Assembly: GCF_963921235.1 (NCBI RefSeq)
Contig: NC_086108.1
Span: forward strand, 79,300,001-79,364,000
DNA from: Mobula hypostoma
Taxonomy: Eukaryota
Direction of reading: 5' to 3'
Length of the DNA stretch: 64,000 bases
Shown here: positions 24,390-36,965 of the stretch, one piece after another
How the letters are laid out: every line of letters starts with the position of its first letter
How positions within the stretch are numbered: the first letter of the stretch is position 1
Program-made: the position numbers and the translations under genes
Notes under the pieces: model-generated
What the model saw: only the letters and a program-made list of their open reading frames with translations
Database searches by the model: none
Told to the model about the DNA's origin: nothing

Positions 24390-25170
24390 AGCTATAACAC
24401 AGAAAGATTTAAACAAGACTGCAGACTAGGTAGATAAACATCAAATCAAATACTGCAGAAAGTACAGTGATTCGTTTCTGTAATAGAAATGAGGACATAT
24501 ATTTAATAGAAGGTAAGTAACGAAAGGGAACAGGGGGACAGCAAGAAAAAAGCAGTCAGCAACACCATGGAGTTATTGGTACAGTATAAAGTGAACTGGA
24601 AAACTTGATCTCTTACTTCTTCCTTCATTTTATGAAGCCTTAGATCAAAGACATATCAATTACTGAAAGTCCCAATGTGCGGTGATAATATAAAGTATGC
24701 ACATCAGGATAATTTCTTGAGAAAGAATATCTTCACTTTGTGGAGACATGATATTTAATTCCCATTGAAGTTTTGTTTGGCCACACCTGGGGAACGTGCA
24801 TTTCTGCTCATACTGGAGGAAGAATATCAAAGCATCAGAGAATGATTCAATGGGATATTAACAGAATTGAGAGGATGCAGCTATCAGAAAATGATCAAGT
24901 ATCTGGTGCTCCTCTATCTAGTGAATAGATAGTGGAAGAAGAGGTGTTCAGAATTATAGAATGTTTTAGGAGGAACTTCTTTACAGAGAGTGGTTAGAAC
25001 ATGGCACTTCATCACAGAATGATTGAAGTTGATGAAATTTAATGGGGGGCTTGATGAATTTATAAAGAAGAAAGGAATGAAGGAAAATACACAAGTAAGA
25101 TAACTGGAGTACAAGAAGGCACATGTGGCCTACAAATACTTGCCCTGTATCATTGTTCTGCAGAGTCATT
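24390..25170 (+). mobile_element. Old decayed CR1 3' fragment
   Basis: Degenerate CR1 RT C-terminal and 3' sequence (ggccacacctgg, ggaggaacttctttacagagagtggttagaacatgg). Confidence 0.55.
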
Positions 25171-25334
25171 TTGTACTGCAGATACTGCTGAAATCAATGC
25201 AGTGTCAACTCACAGGAACTCATCGTAGCCAGAAGCATTCAGAAATCACATACTATCAAGGCACGTTCTGCAAGATGATATCACTACGAAATAATTTCTA
25301 TTTCCAAAATATGCTCAATGTTTCAGTTTTGAGA

Positions 25335-25955
25335 AACAAAACGCAGACTGGGTGATCACCTAATGGAGCACTTCCAATCTGTCCGCAGGAGTGACCCTGA
25401 AATATCAGTTGTCTGCACTTTAGTCTACCATCTTACTTCACTCAGACCTTTTTATCTTGGCATCCAGCAATGTTACAATAAGACATACCACGAGCTTGAG
25501 AAGCAACACTTCACGTTCTGTTGGGACACATTGCAACTTGCAGGACTCAGCACTGAATTCTCCATCTTTAGGTAATTCACTGTTCCTTTGTCTGTCTCTG
25601 AATTCACCACTTCTACCTCACAGATCCATGGAGTCATGTCTCTTCCTCACCTTAATGTAGTCTTTTTCATGTTCTATTTGTCCAGTGTGACCTGGTAGGC
25701 ACGTCCATTAGCATCACATTACAAAGACAAAGAAGCTAAATACGTTTGTATCCGCACCAAGTAATACATTTGGTCTCACGCAATCAGGGATTCCTCTTTT
25801 ATTGCATTTTTCTCTCCTCCACTTTCTGTCCTACTGAAAATCAACCTGTTTGGCTCTTTACCCCTGTTCTGATAAAATGTTAACTTTTTCTCTTTTTTAC
25901 AGATACTATCTGACCTGCTGAGTATTTCTAGCCTTTTCTGTTTTTTATTTCAGAA
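25335..25955 (+). mobile_element. Old Penelope-like element 3' fragment
   Basis: ETKRRLGDHLMEHFQSVRR...LEKQHFTFCWDTLQLAGLSTEFSIFR* (GIY-YIG C-terminus) followed by tail tctgacctgctgagtatttc. Confidence 0.75.
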
Positions 25956-26093
25956 TTTGTAATCTTAAAAAGAAACAGATCTTGTTTTTGATTTTCATAG
26001 CTAACTCAGCAAAATAGAAGCACAAATTTCTAACTTTATGGCTGATAAAATAAAGTTTTCCCAAAAGGGAGGTGACAGCTTTATCACAGGACT

Positions 26094-26389
26094 GGACTGG
26101 CACCCATTAGTCTTGCGAGATGCCTTCACTCTCCAGGGCGCAGGCCTGGGCAAGGTTGTATGGGAGACCAGCAGTTGCCCATGCTGCAAGTCTCCCCTCT
26201 CCATGACATCAATGTTATCCAAGGGAAGGGCATTAGGACCCATACAGCTTGGCACCAGTGTCGTCGCAGAGCAATGTGTGGTTAAGTGCCTTGCTCAAGG
26301 ACACAACACGTTCCCTCAGCTGGGGCTCGAACTCACGACCTTCAGGTAGCTAGTCCAATGCCCTAACCACTTGACCACGTGCTCACACA
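26094..26389 (-). mobile_element. tRNA-derived SINE with CORE-like segment and RTE-related 3' body
   Basis: A box TGGTCAAGTGG, B box GAGTTCGAGCC, then gtgtccttgagcaaggcacttaacc; TSD ATCACAGGACT / ATCACGGGACT (26083-26093 / 26390-26400). Confidence 0.85.
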
Positions 26390-26694
26390 ATCACGGGACT
26401 AAATAGTTAAATAATGAATCCCGTTTTGAAAAATTCATCCAAGCAACTTAAAATAATATCTCTGATTATTATTAAACAAACCAAACAAAAACCATTCATT
26501 TGATGTCTTCCTTGGGAATATTTTGAAATGGCTGGGTTGTTTGACCAGACAAATCAGGTGATTACAATTTAATATGAATAGATAAGGCAGCTTAATCTAT
26601 TTTTATCTTATGGGCATAAAATTGTCTATACCTGAAGAAGTTCCAAACTTAATTTATGTGTACCTCAATAGCTAAAGTTTAACAAAACAATTTT

Positions 26695-26830
26695 CTTCAT
26701 TGATGAAGGGTTTTGGCCCGAAACATTGTCTATTTATTCATTTTCATAAATGCTGCCTGACCTGCTGAGTTCCTCCAGCATTTTGTGTGTGTTGCTCTGG
26801 ATTTCCAGCATCTGCAACATCTCTTGTGTT
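26695..26830 (+). mobile_element. Short PLE terminal fragment with degenerate hammerhead (26700-26730)
   Basis: ttgatgaagggttttggcccgaaacattg followed by tgctgcctgacctgctgagttcctccagcattttgtg. Confidence 0.75.
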
Positions 26831-29800
26831 TATTATTTCTTCATTGACAGTTCCTTCACTGCTTGCACCACGATTCTAGCAATCTTTGTTTGCATATATG
26901 GCACTGTGATTTACCGGATCTTCATCTGCCTGAGACTAAGGCTCTGGAATTTCCTCTTTAAGCCTCTTTGTCCTTCTATTTCTCTCTGTTCCTGTCTATA
27001 TCCCTTTCCTCCTTTAAAGTGCTCATCAAGGTGTATTTCTGACCATGTCTTGTTATATATTTTTGTACATTGATTTTGCTGCATATATTGTTTTTGTTTC
27101 TTGAAACAGAAACAAATAGCAATTTATGGAATGATTACCTTCTATGGCGAATTTAGACAGCAGAATATTTTTTAACATCCTTTCTCATAGTTTGCATAAA
27201 TGAAAATAACTTAGCTGACAGAAATAATTTTTAACAGCTAAGTGAGTGAAGTATAATAGTGGATTATTTCTGTGAATAATTATAGGAAGACTTCAAATGT
27301 TTTCAAATGCTACCTGTCACGTTGTTTTTCCAGCATGTGCATCACTTTCTGTTCTGATGCATTTATAGCAGTTGACAACAATCTAGCCTCAGTATACAAA
27401 GCTCCTTAAGAACACTTGCCTGTCATCAGCTGCTTTCTGCATATATTGCAGCCCGACATTCCATGCAGTTGACTCCACATAAATCAGATTCCACTGATAG
27501 ATTGCCACTTTGCCGTGCTTTCTCACATTTCCCTACTCTCTGATAATATCCACACCTGCTCCAACTGCTGAGCCTTTCCCCCTTTCACCTCCACACTGTA
27601 GAAACCACTTTGCTGTGCCACCATGCTGCCTGGCAAAATCTTAAGATCTTGGTTTGCAAAGTTTACCTTGCCATCTCCTCTCATGATGGAAGCTGTAACT
27701 TCGCTGCCAGAATAACTGGCTATGTTTTGCTGTTGTGCCCTCTTTTACATCAGATATTACAAAATTTGTAATTCACTTTTGGCTTGTTTTCAGTGTTCCT
27801 GATTTGCCTCTTGAGCAATAGTACTCACTGAGATTAAACGTTGCTGAGGTCTGCCACCTATTGATGGGCCACAGAGATTGTGTAATGTAGCAACACGCTG
27901 TGTGGGTTCCCTCCTATTTCTGCTATTAGTAGTAACAACTGGCTGGCTGTTTTGTCAATAAGGTGTCTCTAGTGGAGTCTCAGATATTTTCCCCCTGCTA
28001 TTTGGAGTGCACAGATGTTATAACAGCTGAAATACTGTTTGTTTTGGGATTGCCTGTAGTTTTATAATATGTTCTCTGCTAGGTTCCAGGCTGGAGAGGC
28101 ATGTGTCAGTCCCAGGCTTTGTACAGTCCAAGGAAAGCTCTATATATGCTCAGATCTGCAATTGGCTCAGCTTGCAAATGACGTGCTGTTTCTGGTCATG
28201 TCCCCTTCGAAAGCTGTATTCAAAAACCCTTGCTGTTTCCTGGTCTTTCCTGGTTTGGAAGCTGCTCAGTCCTCATTTCCTGTTTTCATTTCAGTTTCTT
28301 TAGGATAATATCACACTCTGTTTTTTTTATATTGGAGAAGATTAACTGAATTCCCCACTGATATGTTCATTCCTCCAGGTCGCCCAGCTGCCGCTGTTGC
28401 TTTTCTCATGCTCTGCGGATGCTCAGAAATGATATTTATGTTGTCAACTGCAAGCTGAGAGCAAGCCTTAGGCCTCTTTTTATTGAAACATATTGACATA
28501 AATAAAGCAGGAGTGGAATGAATACTGACTTTTAGTAAACTCCCATTGTTGGGAATAAAAAATCTTGTGGATATTTCTGTGCCATTCTGACACCAATGTG
28601 CCCCAAAATGTGAATCTCATCAAATCAGTGAGGAGCATGTCAATCTCGGTTAGGAGATGGTACATCACAGTCCAAGTTTTTGACCCTTGCCAACAACTAT
28701 TTCTACATCCAGGAATATTGTCAAGGAGCATTCCTGATGAACTTGCTTTCATTATTGGGCCAAGTTACAATTGGCGCCTCTTTCTCCTGAACTTCACCTG
28801 ACCGAAGATAAAGCAGTCAAGCTACTCTCAAGCAGATGTTACAATTAATATCTGACGTGTCTTTGCAGCTGCTTTTCCAGGTAATTAAGCAGTCAATGAA
28901 TTCCTTATCATTCCTGCATATAACAGAAAATAATGAGTGCTTTGGACCAGCCACATACTGATGTTGATGTCTACTTGAGATTAAGAAAAAAATGCTAGAA
29001 AAGAAAGGTATCAGCATACAAATGCTCTGTGGATGATTATTCATTGGATACATTGAAGATAGAGATCAATAGATTCTTGGAGACTAAGAAATAATGAGAC
29101 ATATTGGTGTTGCTAAGAAGATCAGCCATGATACTCTCTGCTAGAGCAAGCCTGGGGCACAAATGTCTTTGTCATCCAATTTCTTATTTTCTTATGTCAA
29201 TAATGTCCTTCCCAAGTACTGCTTCTCAAAAGACAAAAATCATGTCAGCATTTTTATGGCAAAGGTCCCATGTCAAGACAATATAAGAATCACTAGAGCA
29301 CAAATGCATTTATGTATGAAAGCACTGGTAGTACCATATCATGTACCCACACCAGTTTGTGCAGACTGTATTGAGGAAGACTTTTGTTATCAACTCAGAG
29401 CAGGACAGGTGTTAGAGTGATTTTTGGGTTTAGGGCGTAAACATTTAGCAATTGACTTTGGCTACTAGTCTTCACATCTGACTATGTATTGTGCATTTAA
29501 TTTGGAATGCAGCTCTGAACAATGGGTTCCAAAAAGCTGTGAATCCCAGTCCAGATAACACTGATTAAAATTCATTTGGATGTCTGTGGTGGGGAGGTGA
29601 ATCAGGAGGTGTGGTTGTTTGTAGTTTCAAAGAAAGCATTGACCATACATCGTAAATATGAAATTATCCTTTTATGTTTGGCACATATAATATCGAGGCC
29701 CATGATGGGCCAGCAGACCTTTCCTCCGAAACCTGATGCCTGCTGTATCTTGTTTTGTTGAACAAAGAAGCTGCTTTATATCTACCAGTAATTTTGTCTG

Positions 29801-29902
29801 GTGACTTCATTCACGCAACAACATGGAGTGAACAAGCAGCTTTATTCCTGAGTGGTATAAAATAATATGCACACATCATTATGCTTTATTTAACTTAATG
29901 CT

Positions 29903-30175
29903 AGGTGGCATGGTAGTGTAGTAGTTAGCACAATGCTTTACTAGTGACCTGGGTTCAGTTCCTGCTGCAGCCTGTATGGAGTTTGTATGTTCTTCCCATG
30001 ACCGTGTGGGTTTTCTCTGGGTGCTCTGGTTTCCTCCCATGGTCCAAAGGCATGTCAGTTGTTAGGTTGATTGGTCATTGTAAATTGTCCCATGATTAGG
30101 CTAGGATTAGACTGGAGCTTGCTGAGCTCGAGGGGTCAGAAACACCTGTTCTGTGCTGTAGCTCAATAAAAAATA
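29903..30175 (+). mobile_element. V-SINE (HE1-like tRNA-derived SINE)
   Basis: tRNA head (tggtagtgtagtag, gggttcagttcc), V-domain tgtatggagtttgtatgttctt...ggtttcctccca, CR1-like tail and AATAAA. Confidence 0.85.
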
Positions 30176-31429
30176 AAACATATATAATGCAAAAAACTTT
30201 TAAAACAGAATTGCAGGTAAAAAAAACCAACTTGGTGAACATTGTTGTATAATGTAATATAATTAACAACAGCTGTTACTGGAGGTCCTGAGGTCAGAAG
30301 TGAAAAGACAGACAAGGAATTGTGCACCAAATGATGGCTTCAAAATGCCACTTACCTAACTTGACACCAGCAAGCAACAGACGTTGAAAATTTTTTTGTA
30401 TACTAAGGGATTCAAGGGATGGGGTAAGACCAGGAAAGTGGTGCTGAAGTAAAAGGTCATCATGATCTTGCTGCTTAGTGAGGCAGACGTAAGTGGCCAA
30501 ATGGCCCGTTCCTGCTTCTAGTTCTTGTGCTCACATGTGTTAGAAGTCAGATATGACCCAAATGGCCCACACCACAAAAAAAAAAGATGGTTCTCTTTTA
30601 TACCTTTTCTTGGATTTTGGCCTGGACCTCTCCGGGTAGAGAAAACCTGATCGTGACACACATCACTATATGTTTCAGATAGCTCAAATCAGACACTCTT
30701 TAAATGTATTAAAATTAAGTAAACTTACTTTAACCAACAAAATGCAAAACATTACACATAATACAAAATGAAATATTACAGGAAACTAAAATGATATAAA
30801 TATTACAAAATAATGTGCACTTTAACAATCTGTCTGAGCATAACTAACTGTGAATTAAACTCTCAGATATTTCAGTCAAATCCTGATTCTGAACTCAAGA
30901 CCCTTTTAAATTGTAGAAAACCCACAGCCGGGACAACTGTTTCCCACAGTGCCTTGCTCTCAATAGTATCACTTGTGACCAAACCAGCCTATCTATTTCT
31001 ATGAATTCCTTCACTTAATTAGTCCTTGTCATCATTTTTTCACAGCTATGTTGTTTTGACGGGGAAGAGCTTGTGGGTTTATCAGCATCATAAAAAGTCC
31101 TTGCCTTAGTAAACACTTAATTGTTGACATGGAAACTCTCTGACAGTCTGTCAATAGACACTCGGCAGAGAGTGGAATGAATAAATTGTGTCCTTGGTTT
31201 AGTTTGGTTTGTGTGTCTCTATGAATGGCTACTCTTGCAAACTCCACTACTTGCAGTCATTTTCAAATGTTTTTTTGAAACAGGAGGTCTTGTAGTTCCT
31301 TGTGGCATGCTGGGATTGAAATTTTGGCCAATGTTTGTTTTGGAGGTTAAACATGATTTTTGATAGAGTTTTGGTCACAGTGGTGCTTGTCGATTGTCCA
31401 TCGTGTCTAACAATGACAGGAACCTGTAT

Positions 31430-31790
31430 GGGAGAGTTTTTAAGTAGAAAATCTGTTGCACTGGGGCAGTTCTGCTCTCTCGCCCTCATAATTCTAGGTC
31501 CAGTGCTACAAGCAAGCATCACAAACTGGGTCTTCCATGGTTGCAAAGGACGATCATGACATTTTCTCTGCCTTGTCATGCCCTCCACAGAGCACTGCAG
31601 TACCATCTTCCTGGCCATTTGATCTCATCTGCCCTGTCCACCAGAGATGACTTCACATGCTAGGCAAGCATATTCCTATCTCACCAGGGTTTAGGCCGCC
31701 GCCTGCCCTCATCTTGTTTAGCCTGTCTGTCAAAGTGGTTCCGGGGTATACTAGGGATACTTCCCCTTCCTGGACACCCCGTACTCCCCA
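31430..31790 (-). mobile_element. RTE 5'UTR-like fragment related to 8199-8753
   Basis: Shared blocks ggggtgtc..ggaagggg, ggctaaacaagatgaggg, gtgagatagg...agcatgtgaag...ctctggtgga. Confidence 0.65.
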
Positions 31791-31810
31791 ATAGCTCACA
31801 TAGTCACAGT

Positions 31811-33134
31811 TGTTGTTTCGTATAGTCGGTGTTTTTCTCTTCACACTTCTAATTAGTTTCTGTCAAGCCGCTCCTCCAACTCATGGCCGCATCAATGGAC
31901 CGCGGCAAAGCCATCTCAGACCTTAGTGAGAGGGCATGTTTGGACCAGGTGGAGGACATCCTGAGTTGGGGCACCACAGGGGCAAGCTGGGATTGTCCGG
32001 CACCCCCTTTGGTGTAGTGTTTGCACTGTTTGGCATATCAACTTCTGAGTCTATTTGCGGCTGTCCAGTTCTTTTCTCGGTAGCTGTAGTAAAGCTTGGG
32101 AGGAGCGAGGTGGGGTCGTCGATCAGATCTCCACCAGAGGTCATGTTGGTGTGTCTGCATTTGTGCCATTCAGTGTGTTAGTCATAGGAGTTGAGGTGTT
32201 TCAAGTTGTAGAAAGGTGTTTGGGATTTGAGTCAGGAGGTTGGAGGAGAATTTTCGTTGAGTTTATAAACTGGAATGTGGTTGGGCATATTTTGGATACG
32301 TTTGTAGAATTTTACTGAAGCTGGTCTCCTATGGATCTCTGGGGATGCTATTCTGCTCATTGTTGGGAGCCATTGGACAGGTGTGGATTTCAGGGCTTCT
32401 GAGGTTATTCTCATAGAAGTATGGATTGTATTGATGATGTTTGTGTAACCACTTCCCTCCCAGGTGGCTGCACAATATTCAACAACTGAGAACCATAGTG
32501 CTATGTTAGATGTTCATAGGACTGACTGGTTAGCACTCCATTTGGTTCCTGCTAGCTTCCTGATCAATCAGCTGTTCTAGGTTTTAGTTTCTCAGCAACA
32601 TTTTGAAGGTGGGTCTTGTATGAGAGAGTTCAGTCTAGTGTGACTCCCAAGTACTTTGGGTGTGGATTGTTGGGTTGCTGGTTGTCATTAAGTTTGATAT
32701 TAAGTTTAAGCTTGGTTAGTCGGTTGTCCAGATGAAATATGGAAGTTACTGTCGTGTTGACATTCATATTTAGGTACCACTTTGAGAAGTAGTTGGATAG
32801 GGAGTTGATATCTTGGGTAAGGGTTTTTTCCAATGGATTTGACCTAGTTCGATTGGAAGGCATGGCCCAGTCATCAGCGTATCCAAATTTAGCAGATTTC
32901 CTTTTAGGGAGATCACTGAGGTACAGATTGAACAAGGAACTGGCACCAGTGGCATTATGAAGTTCCACAATGGCGTCCTCCAAGAGTCAGTTCTGACTCC
33001 AACCTTGTTCAATCTGTACCTCAGTGATCTCCCTGAAACCTAATCTGCTAAATTTGGATACGCTGATGACTGGGCCTTCGAATCAAACAATGTCAAATCC
33101 GTTGGAAAAAACTTACTCAAGAGATTAACTCCCT
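31811..33134 (-). mobile_element. Ingi/Vingi-like (I group) LINE, 5'-truncated, with inverted duplicated 5' end
   Basis: LFNLYLSDLP, KFGYADDWA, FHL, PKYLGVTLD, RITSEALKSTPVQWLP, WTAANRLRS, CPCGAPTQDVLHLVQTCP; tail TATACGAAACAACAA; 11-bp TSD ATAGTCACAGT (31800-31810 / 33135-33145). Confidence 0.8.
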
Positions 33135-34214
33135 ATAGTCACAGTACACATAACCCAAAAATTTATAATTTTAAATGTATGTTTCATTTGCTAAGCAGCA
33201 TGCTACTTCCTGTTGGGGTAAATGGTTTAAGATTTTAAGCACTTTTTAATATAGAGTTTAACGTGTGCCGTGTTTGGAAAAGTCATGGTGTAAAATTTTG
33301 AAGCACATGTGAGTATATTAAAAGAAATTCAACTCCCTAATGTGTCAGGAACAGCTTTATTGTGCTGATTTTGATCCACAGATAGAGACATGCATGGGAG
33401 ACCCAAAGCAGTGGGCAAATTTTCAAACCCATGTGAAATTTACCTTCAAGGACCTGAGAGCTTCCAATGGACCTTGCAAGCGAGATAGGAACAGGGATCA
33501 AGGCACTGGTTAGGATGCTGCAGCCTGAGATCCCATAACAAAGATTTTCCAGAACTCAGAGAGTAATGAGAGGTTCAGAACAGGGAAAGCTCGGGTTTTC
33601 TTTGCTGAGCCATGGAAATAGCTTTGGATTGCCAGTAGATGAAAATCAAAGCACTGCTGATGCAATAAGTCTGAAATAAATATTGAAAATGCTGTAACAC
33701 TCCACTGGTCAGGCAGTATCTGTGGAAGGAGAAATAGTCAATGTTTTTGGTTTACAACTGAGGGGGATAACTGCAACTGTGCAGGCTATTCTGACCTTAA
33801 ATAGCATTAATCAAGCCCGATTTATATGCTTACAAAAAGAACTCCTCTGTTTTCATTGTGTGTCTCTGTTACCTTCTCAGTGGCAGTGGTGGTTTACTCC
33901 TCTGATTCAACTGAACAGGCAAGATTAAAATTGGGTATGCTAAATTACCCAAAATTGCAACTGTTTCTCATAAAGTACGGAGTACTTCTAGGAAAGTAGC
34001 TCCCCCACCTGTTCCTCAACATCTCTTGACATCTCCCTTCCAATGGTGATGGCTGAATGCTCCAAAGGGAGGTGAATACTAGAGTCATTGCAACACAAAC
34101 AGGCCCTTCAGCCTAGTGTATTGAAAAGATTAAACTCAGAAAATACAAGCTTGATAGCTTCAGAGGGAGATTATTTTGTACAAAAGTCCATGTGAAATTA
34201 TAAGATAAAGTACA

Positions 34215-34670
34215 TAAATTACATTGAAGTGGAACAAGCACATTACACTTATCACCAGGAAAGCCCAGCAGAAAGTGTTTCTCCTGCACCAGCTGAGGAA
34301 ATTTAACATCTCTAGGCATATCCTGATAATTTTTTACTCAGCTATCATTGATAGTGTTGTGACCAGCTCGGTCGCTGTTTGTTTTTCTACCTCTTCTTCC
34401 CTCTCCAAGTCCAGGTGGCAGTGAGCGGTCCTCTCAGCTGAGGAGATTACTGGCTGTCAGCTACCAGCATTAAAAAACCTATTCTTTGCCAGAGCAAAGA
34501 AAAGAGCTGAAAAAAGTTACTGCTGACTCCACCTATCCTAGCCGTCACGTATTTGTTAACTTGTCATCAGGGAGGCACTACAAGTCCACTACCACCAGGT
34601 CATCTCTGAAGCTTTTTCCCAATGCTATACAGCTTCTCAACAAAACTCACTCAGGTGTGACATCCTAACT
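34215..34670 (+). mobile_element. Rex1/Babar LINE 3' fragment
   Basis: KWNKHITLITRKAQQKVFLLHQLRKFN...FYSAIIDSVVTSS; LSSGRHY. Confidence 0.8.
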
Positions 34671-34759
34671 GTCCCTACTCAACATTCGTTAAATGACCTT
34701 TCCTGCTCACCTTGTTCTGTTGATAATTATTGAGTCCATTCATCTGTTCACATTTATTT

Positions 34760-35035
34760 TAGTTTGCCCTTGCCTTCTTCTGGGCAGTGTCTTTACAAGA
34801 CAGGTGACTCCAGCCATTATCAATACTTTCAGAGATGGTACGCTTGGTATCGGTGGTCGCATAACGAGGACTTATGATATGCACCAGCTGCTCATACAAC
34901 CATCCGCCACCTGCTCCATTGCTTCACATGACCCTGACTGGGGAGGGGGCTAAGCAGATGCTACACTTTGCTCAAGGGGGACCTGCAGGCTTGTGAAGGA
35001 AGCCTCCTTTGGTAGAGATGCATCTCCACCCCAGC
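34760..35035 (-). mobile_element. Short RTE-related non-autonomous element (Bov-A / Sauria SINE-like motif)
   Basis: Minus strand ends cccagaagaaggcaagggcaaac, resembling the RTE/BovB GAAGAAGGCAATGGCAA motif. Confidence 0.55.
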
Positions 35036-35130
35036 TTGATACCCATTTTAGGGTTTACAAGATGTTCCTCCTGAGATGTAATAAAGAATTAGAACAAACA
35101 GATTGATTAAAGCATTCATAGAAGGTTCAT

Positions 35131-35317
35131 ACAAAATGCTGGAGGAACGCAGCAGGCCAGGTAGCATCTATGGAAAAGAGTGCAGTTGACACTTCCGACT
35201 GAGACCTGAACTGTCAACTGCACTCTTTTCCATAGATACTGCCTGGCCTGCTGAGTTCCTCCAGCATTTTGTGTGTGTTGCTTGGATTTCCAGCATCTGC
35301 AGTTTTTCTCTTGTTTG
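35131..35317. mobile_element. Palindromic PLE terminal insertion (61-bp inverted arms)
   Basis: Arms 35131-35191 / 35212-35272 with 20-nt spacer; 15-bp TSD TCATAGAAGGTTCAT (35116-35130 / 35318-35332). Confidence 0.9.
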
Positions 35318-36214
35318 TCATAGAAGGTTCATGACAGCTACATTTATACAGTATATGACATTTAATATCTTTATTCTTTCCATAAGATCAACTGACAAGA
35401 CCAACTTTTTTTGTCTAACCAGAGTAACATCTCTCTAATGTTGAGTGTACAACATCACTTGTGCCCAGAGACACCAAGTATGGCCCACATGTTTGAGGCA
35501 GCCCATAACCTTTCAATCGGAAAGCAGCATCAACCAATTCAGCAGGCCTAGTTATTTTAAAGTGTTGAACCATTCTTTCCCATACCTTCTCTGATTTAAT
35601 GAACAATGCCATATTTGTCCTGCCAGTCATCCTTCCAGAGGGACCAATAATTGAAAGAAGACTTATAGAGGGCCATAGATGATCTTGAGAAAAAGCCAAA
35701 CAGGTGAGAGAAACCCTGAGGATGAAAGAGGCAGATGGGTAGGCAAAAATGAAAAAGTGAAAAGATAAATTAAGAATAAGAGTAGGGAAAGAAGACAGTC
35801 AAAACCGGTAGCATTTAAGATCCAAATGGAGCTTGACAGGGTAGATGTTAGTGGGTGTGTCATGAAAAAAGGACCAGACATTTAAAACTGAGATGCATTG
35901 AAGTTTCTTCTCTCAGAAGGTAATGAATCTCTGGAACTCTCTGCCCCGGGGATGCTGGAGGCTGGATCTATGATGCAGATAAACAATTTATCCACTGCCA
36001 CACCAAGTTAAGAGCAGATGTGATTTCTCTGGCTCTTCACTCTACTCTGGACTATCCGGACAAAATGAGCTTGTATGGTAGGCTGCTGTTCATTGGCTAC
36101 ACATCAGCATTCAACATACAATCCCATACAAGCTCATCATGAAGCTTCATGACAGATCCCTGAACTTCCCTCTGCAACTGGATACTTCACTTCCTCATTG
36201 GCAGACCTCAATGA

Positions 36215-36505
36215 GAATCAGGTCTATCATCACAGACATATGTTGTGAAATAGGTTGTTTTGCAATAGCAGTACAGTGCAATATATAACAATTACTGTAA
36301 ATTACAATAAGAATGAATAAATAAATAGTGCAAAAGGAGAACAATATAGTGGGATAGTGTTCATAGGTTCATGGACCGTTCAGGAATATGAAAGCAGAGA
36401 AGAAGCAACTGTTCCTAAGATGTTGAGTGTGTGTCTTCAGGCTGCTGTACATCCTCCCTGATGGCACCAATGAGAAGACATGTCCTGGATGGTGGGGATC
36501 CTTAA
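36215..36505 (-). mobile_element. Rex1/Babar 3' fragment
   Basis: Same family as 862-1345 and 4395-4830. Confidence 0.65.
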
Positions 36506-36509
36506 TAAT

Positions 36510-36965
36510 ATAACAATATAACCATATATAACCATATAACAATTACAGCATGGAAACAGGCCATCTCGGCCCTTCTAGTCCGTGCCAAACTCTTACTCTC
36601 ACCTAGCCCCACCGACCTGCAGTCAGCCCATAACCCTCCATTCCTTTCCTGTCCATATAGCTGTCCAGTTTAACCTTAAACGACAACATCGAACCTGCTT
36701 CAACCACTTCTGCCGGAAGCTCGTTCCACACAGCCACCACTCTCTAAGTAAAGAAGTTCCCCTTCATGTTACCCCTAAACTTTTGCCCTTTAACTCTCAA
36801 CTCATGTCCTCTTGTTTGAATCTCCCCCAGCCTCAATGGAAAAAGCCTATCCACGTCAACTCTATCTATCCCTCTCATAATTTTAAATACCTCTATCAAG
36901 TCCCCCCTCAACCTTCTACGTTCCAAAAAATAAAGACCCAGCTTGTTCAACCTTTCTCTGTAACT
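36510..36965 (-). mobile_element. CR1 3' fragment with (GGTTATAT)n-like tail
   Basis: LERRRLRGDLIEVFKIMRGIDRV...TRGHEL...NFFT. Confidence 0.88.

Noticed and set aside
26001..26071. Exon after the strong acceptor TTTTCATAG
   Set aside because: Stops in all three frames and only a weak donor (GTGACA)
26310..26389. tRNA genes (also 29903-29970, 56470-56540, 48148-48220)
   Set aside because: A and B boxes run directly into SINE bodies or are too degenerate; no complete cloverleaf seen
27380..29000. Unique sequence with several 60-90 aa ORFs
   Set aside because: No recognisable domain, overlapping ORFs on both strands, no convincing splice-site pair
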